64,000 bases of DNA, taken from contig NC_081355.1 of the NCBI RefSeq assembly GCF_030684315.1, positions 85,460,924 to 85,524,923 on the forward strand, read 5' to 3'. Under the pieces are notes generated by a model, which saw only the letters and a list, made by a program, of their open reading frames with translations, had not been told where the DNA came from and searched no databases. This DNA comes from Stegostoma tigrinum. Its lineage: Eukaryota. The position numbers were made by a program, and so were the translations under genes. Shown here piece after piece: positions 63,151-64,000 of this stretch (the stretch's first letter is position 1; each line of letters begins with the position of its first letter).

Positions 63151-64000
63151 TTTAATAACCTTTTAAATTGTCAATGAAACTATGAAATCATCCCCTTGCT
63201 GAGGAAAATGAGCTTTGAAACTCAGCCATACATTCAAATTAATCCCATCCATCAGAGAAAATCCTGGGATTTGTTATCAATGAAGTCCATTGAAATGAAA
63301 AACGGATACTTTTTCAAAGTTGGCTCTGATGTATTTTCCAGTTCAAGCAGATGAAGTGAAGCAAGTGGTTATATTTCTCTAAACATTCAATATCAGGACA
63401 TTGTTTTCAAAGATAATGTGCTTGAACATTTAAATAACAGTTTCATTCATTGCAACAGAGTGTCCTAGTGTGTTTTGTTTTGCTGTTTTGCATGCATCAT
63501 GGCAATGAAAAATTCAGTGCATCTCAATACTTAAAAAAGCTGGTCAATACAATGGTCAATTAATCTATTCAGGGTAGAATGCAACACTGAGTTCAGTTAT
63601 CAAAAGATATCTATGTTGAACTGTAGCATCAGAAAATAACATGTAAGGTTGTCAAAATATTTTTGCACTGTTATGATCTTAGCTGATGGTAATACTGTAG
63701 AAGTTAGATTCCAGATTGATTTTCTCCATTATTGCCTCTGTCAGAAATATAAAACTACAAGATTAACTCACTGACTTATCAATTGAACCTAAGAAAAAAC
63801 TTATGGTCCTTTCCAGGCCTTTTCCTTGAACTATTAAAACAAAAGACTTCTTCCAAGACTTTGCAAACTCCAACAGCCTTCTTGGTTGAGTCTTCTGACC
63901 ATTTGTTTTTCTGTAGTTGTTAAGGTTCTACCTTGAAAACATTTAATAAGTTAATTCATTGGGTTCCTTGCTGGTCACTTAACACAGCTCAGTCTTCCTT

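Noticed and set aside
1-64000. Most of the supplied 60-190 aa ORFs as protein-coding genes
   Set aside because: They are CR1, PLE, Gypsy or SINE fragments, or chance frames without splice or homology support. The real genes are spliced and only partly overlap the track.

Overview
This window is eukaryotic, repeat-rich genomic DNA from a cartilaginous fish, most likely a shark. The evidence is HE1-type tRNA-derived SINEs, HER1/CR1 LINEs and Deu-domain SINEs. Most of the supplied ORF track is transposon debris or chance ORFs. Three spliced host genes can be reconstructed by hand. (1) A CpG-island first coding exon on the minus strand (9451-9275) encodes a mitochondrial presequence and the start of an acyl-CoA dehydrogenase, recalled as the 'probable acyl-CoA dehydrogenase 6' type. 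I found no further exons, so they probably lie left of the window. (2) A complete rod transducin gamma subunit gene (gngt1; 68 aa, CVIS CAAX box) lies on the minus strand, with CRX/OTX-type motifs in its promoter. (3) A divergently transcribed secreted BPTI/Kunitz protease-inhibitor gene lies on the plus strand at the TFPI2-syntenic position. It has a TATA box, a signal-peptide exon at 46132-46207 and a Kunitz exon at 60376-60555. The ORF track misses it, and it lacks the first conserved cysteine. The most striking non-genic signal is a dense population of Penelope-like retroelement ends from at least four families. Each carries a minimal type-I hammerhead ribozyme motif (CUGANGA-stem II-GAAAC-GUC with a palindromic stem III). 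Many occur as 85-230 bp stand-alone, often hairpin-shaped insertions with their own target-site duplications and a recurring breakpoint inside the ribozyme core. The window also holds two decayed Gypsy LTR elements (one with nested insertions), a Tigger/pogo-like MITE and many CR1/L2 fragments. Repeat boundaries are approximate, and family names come from recall rather than database searches.
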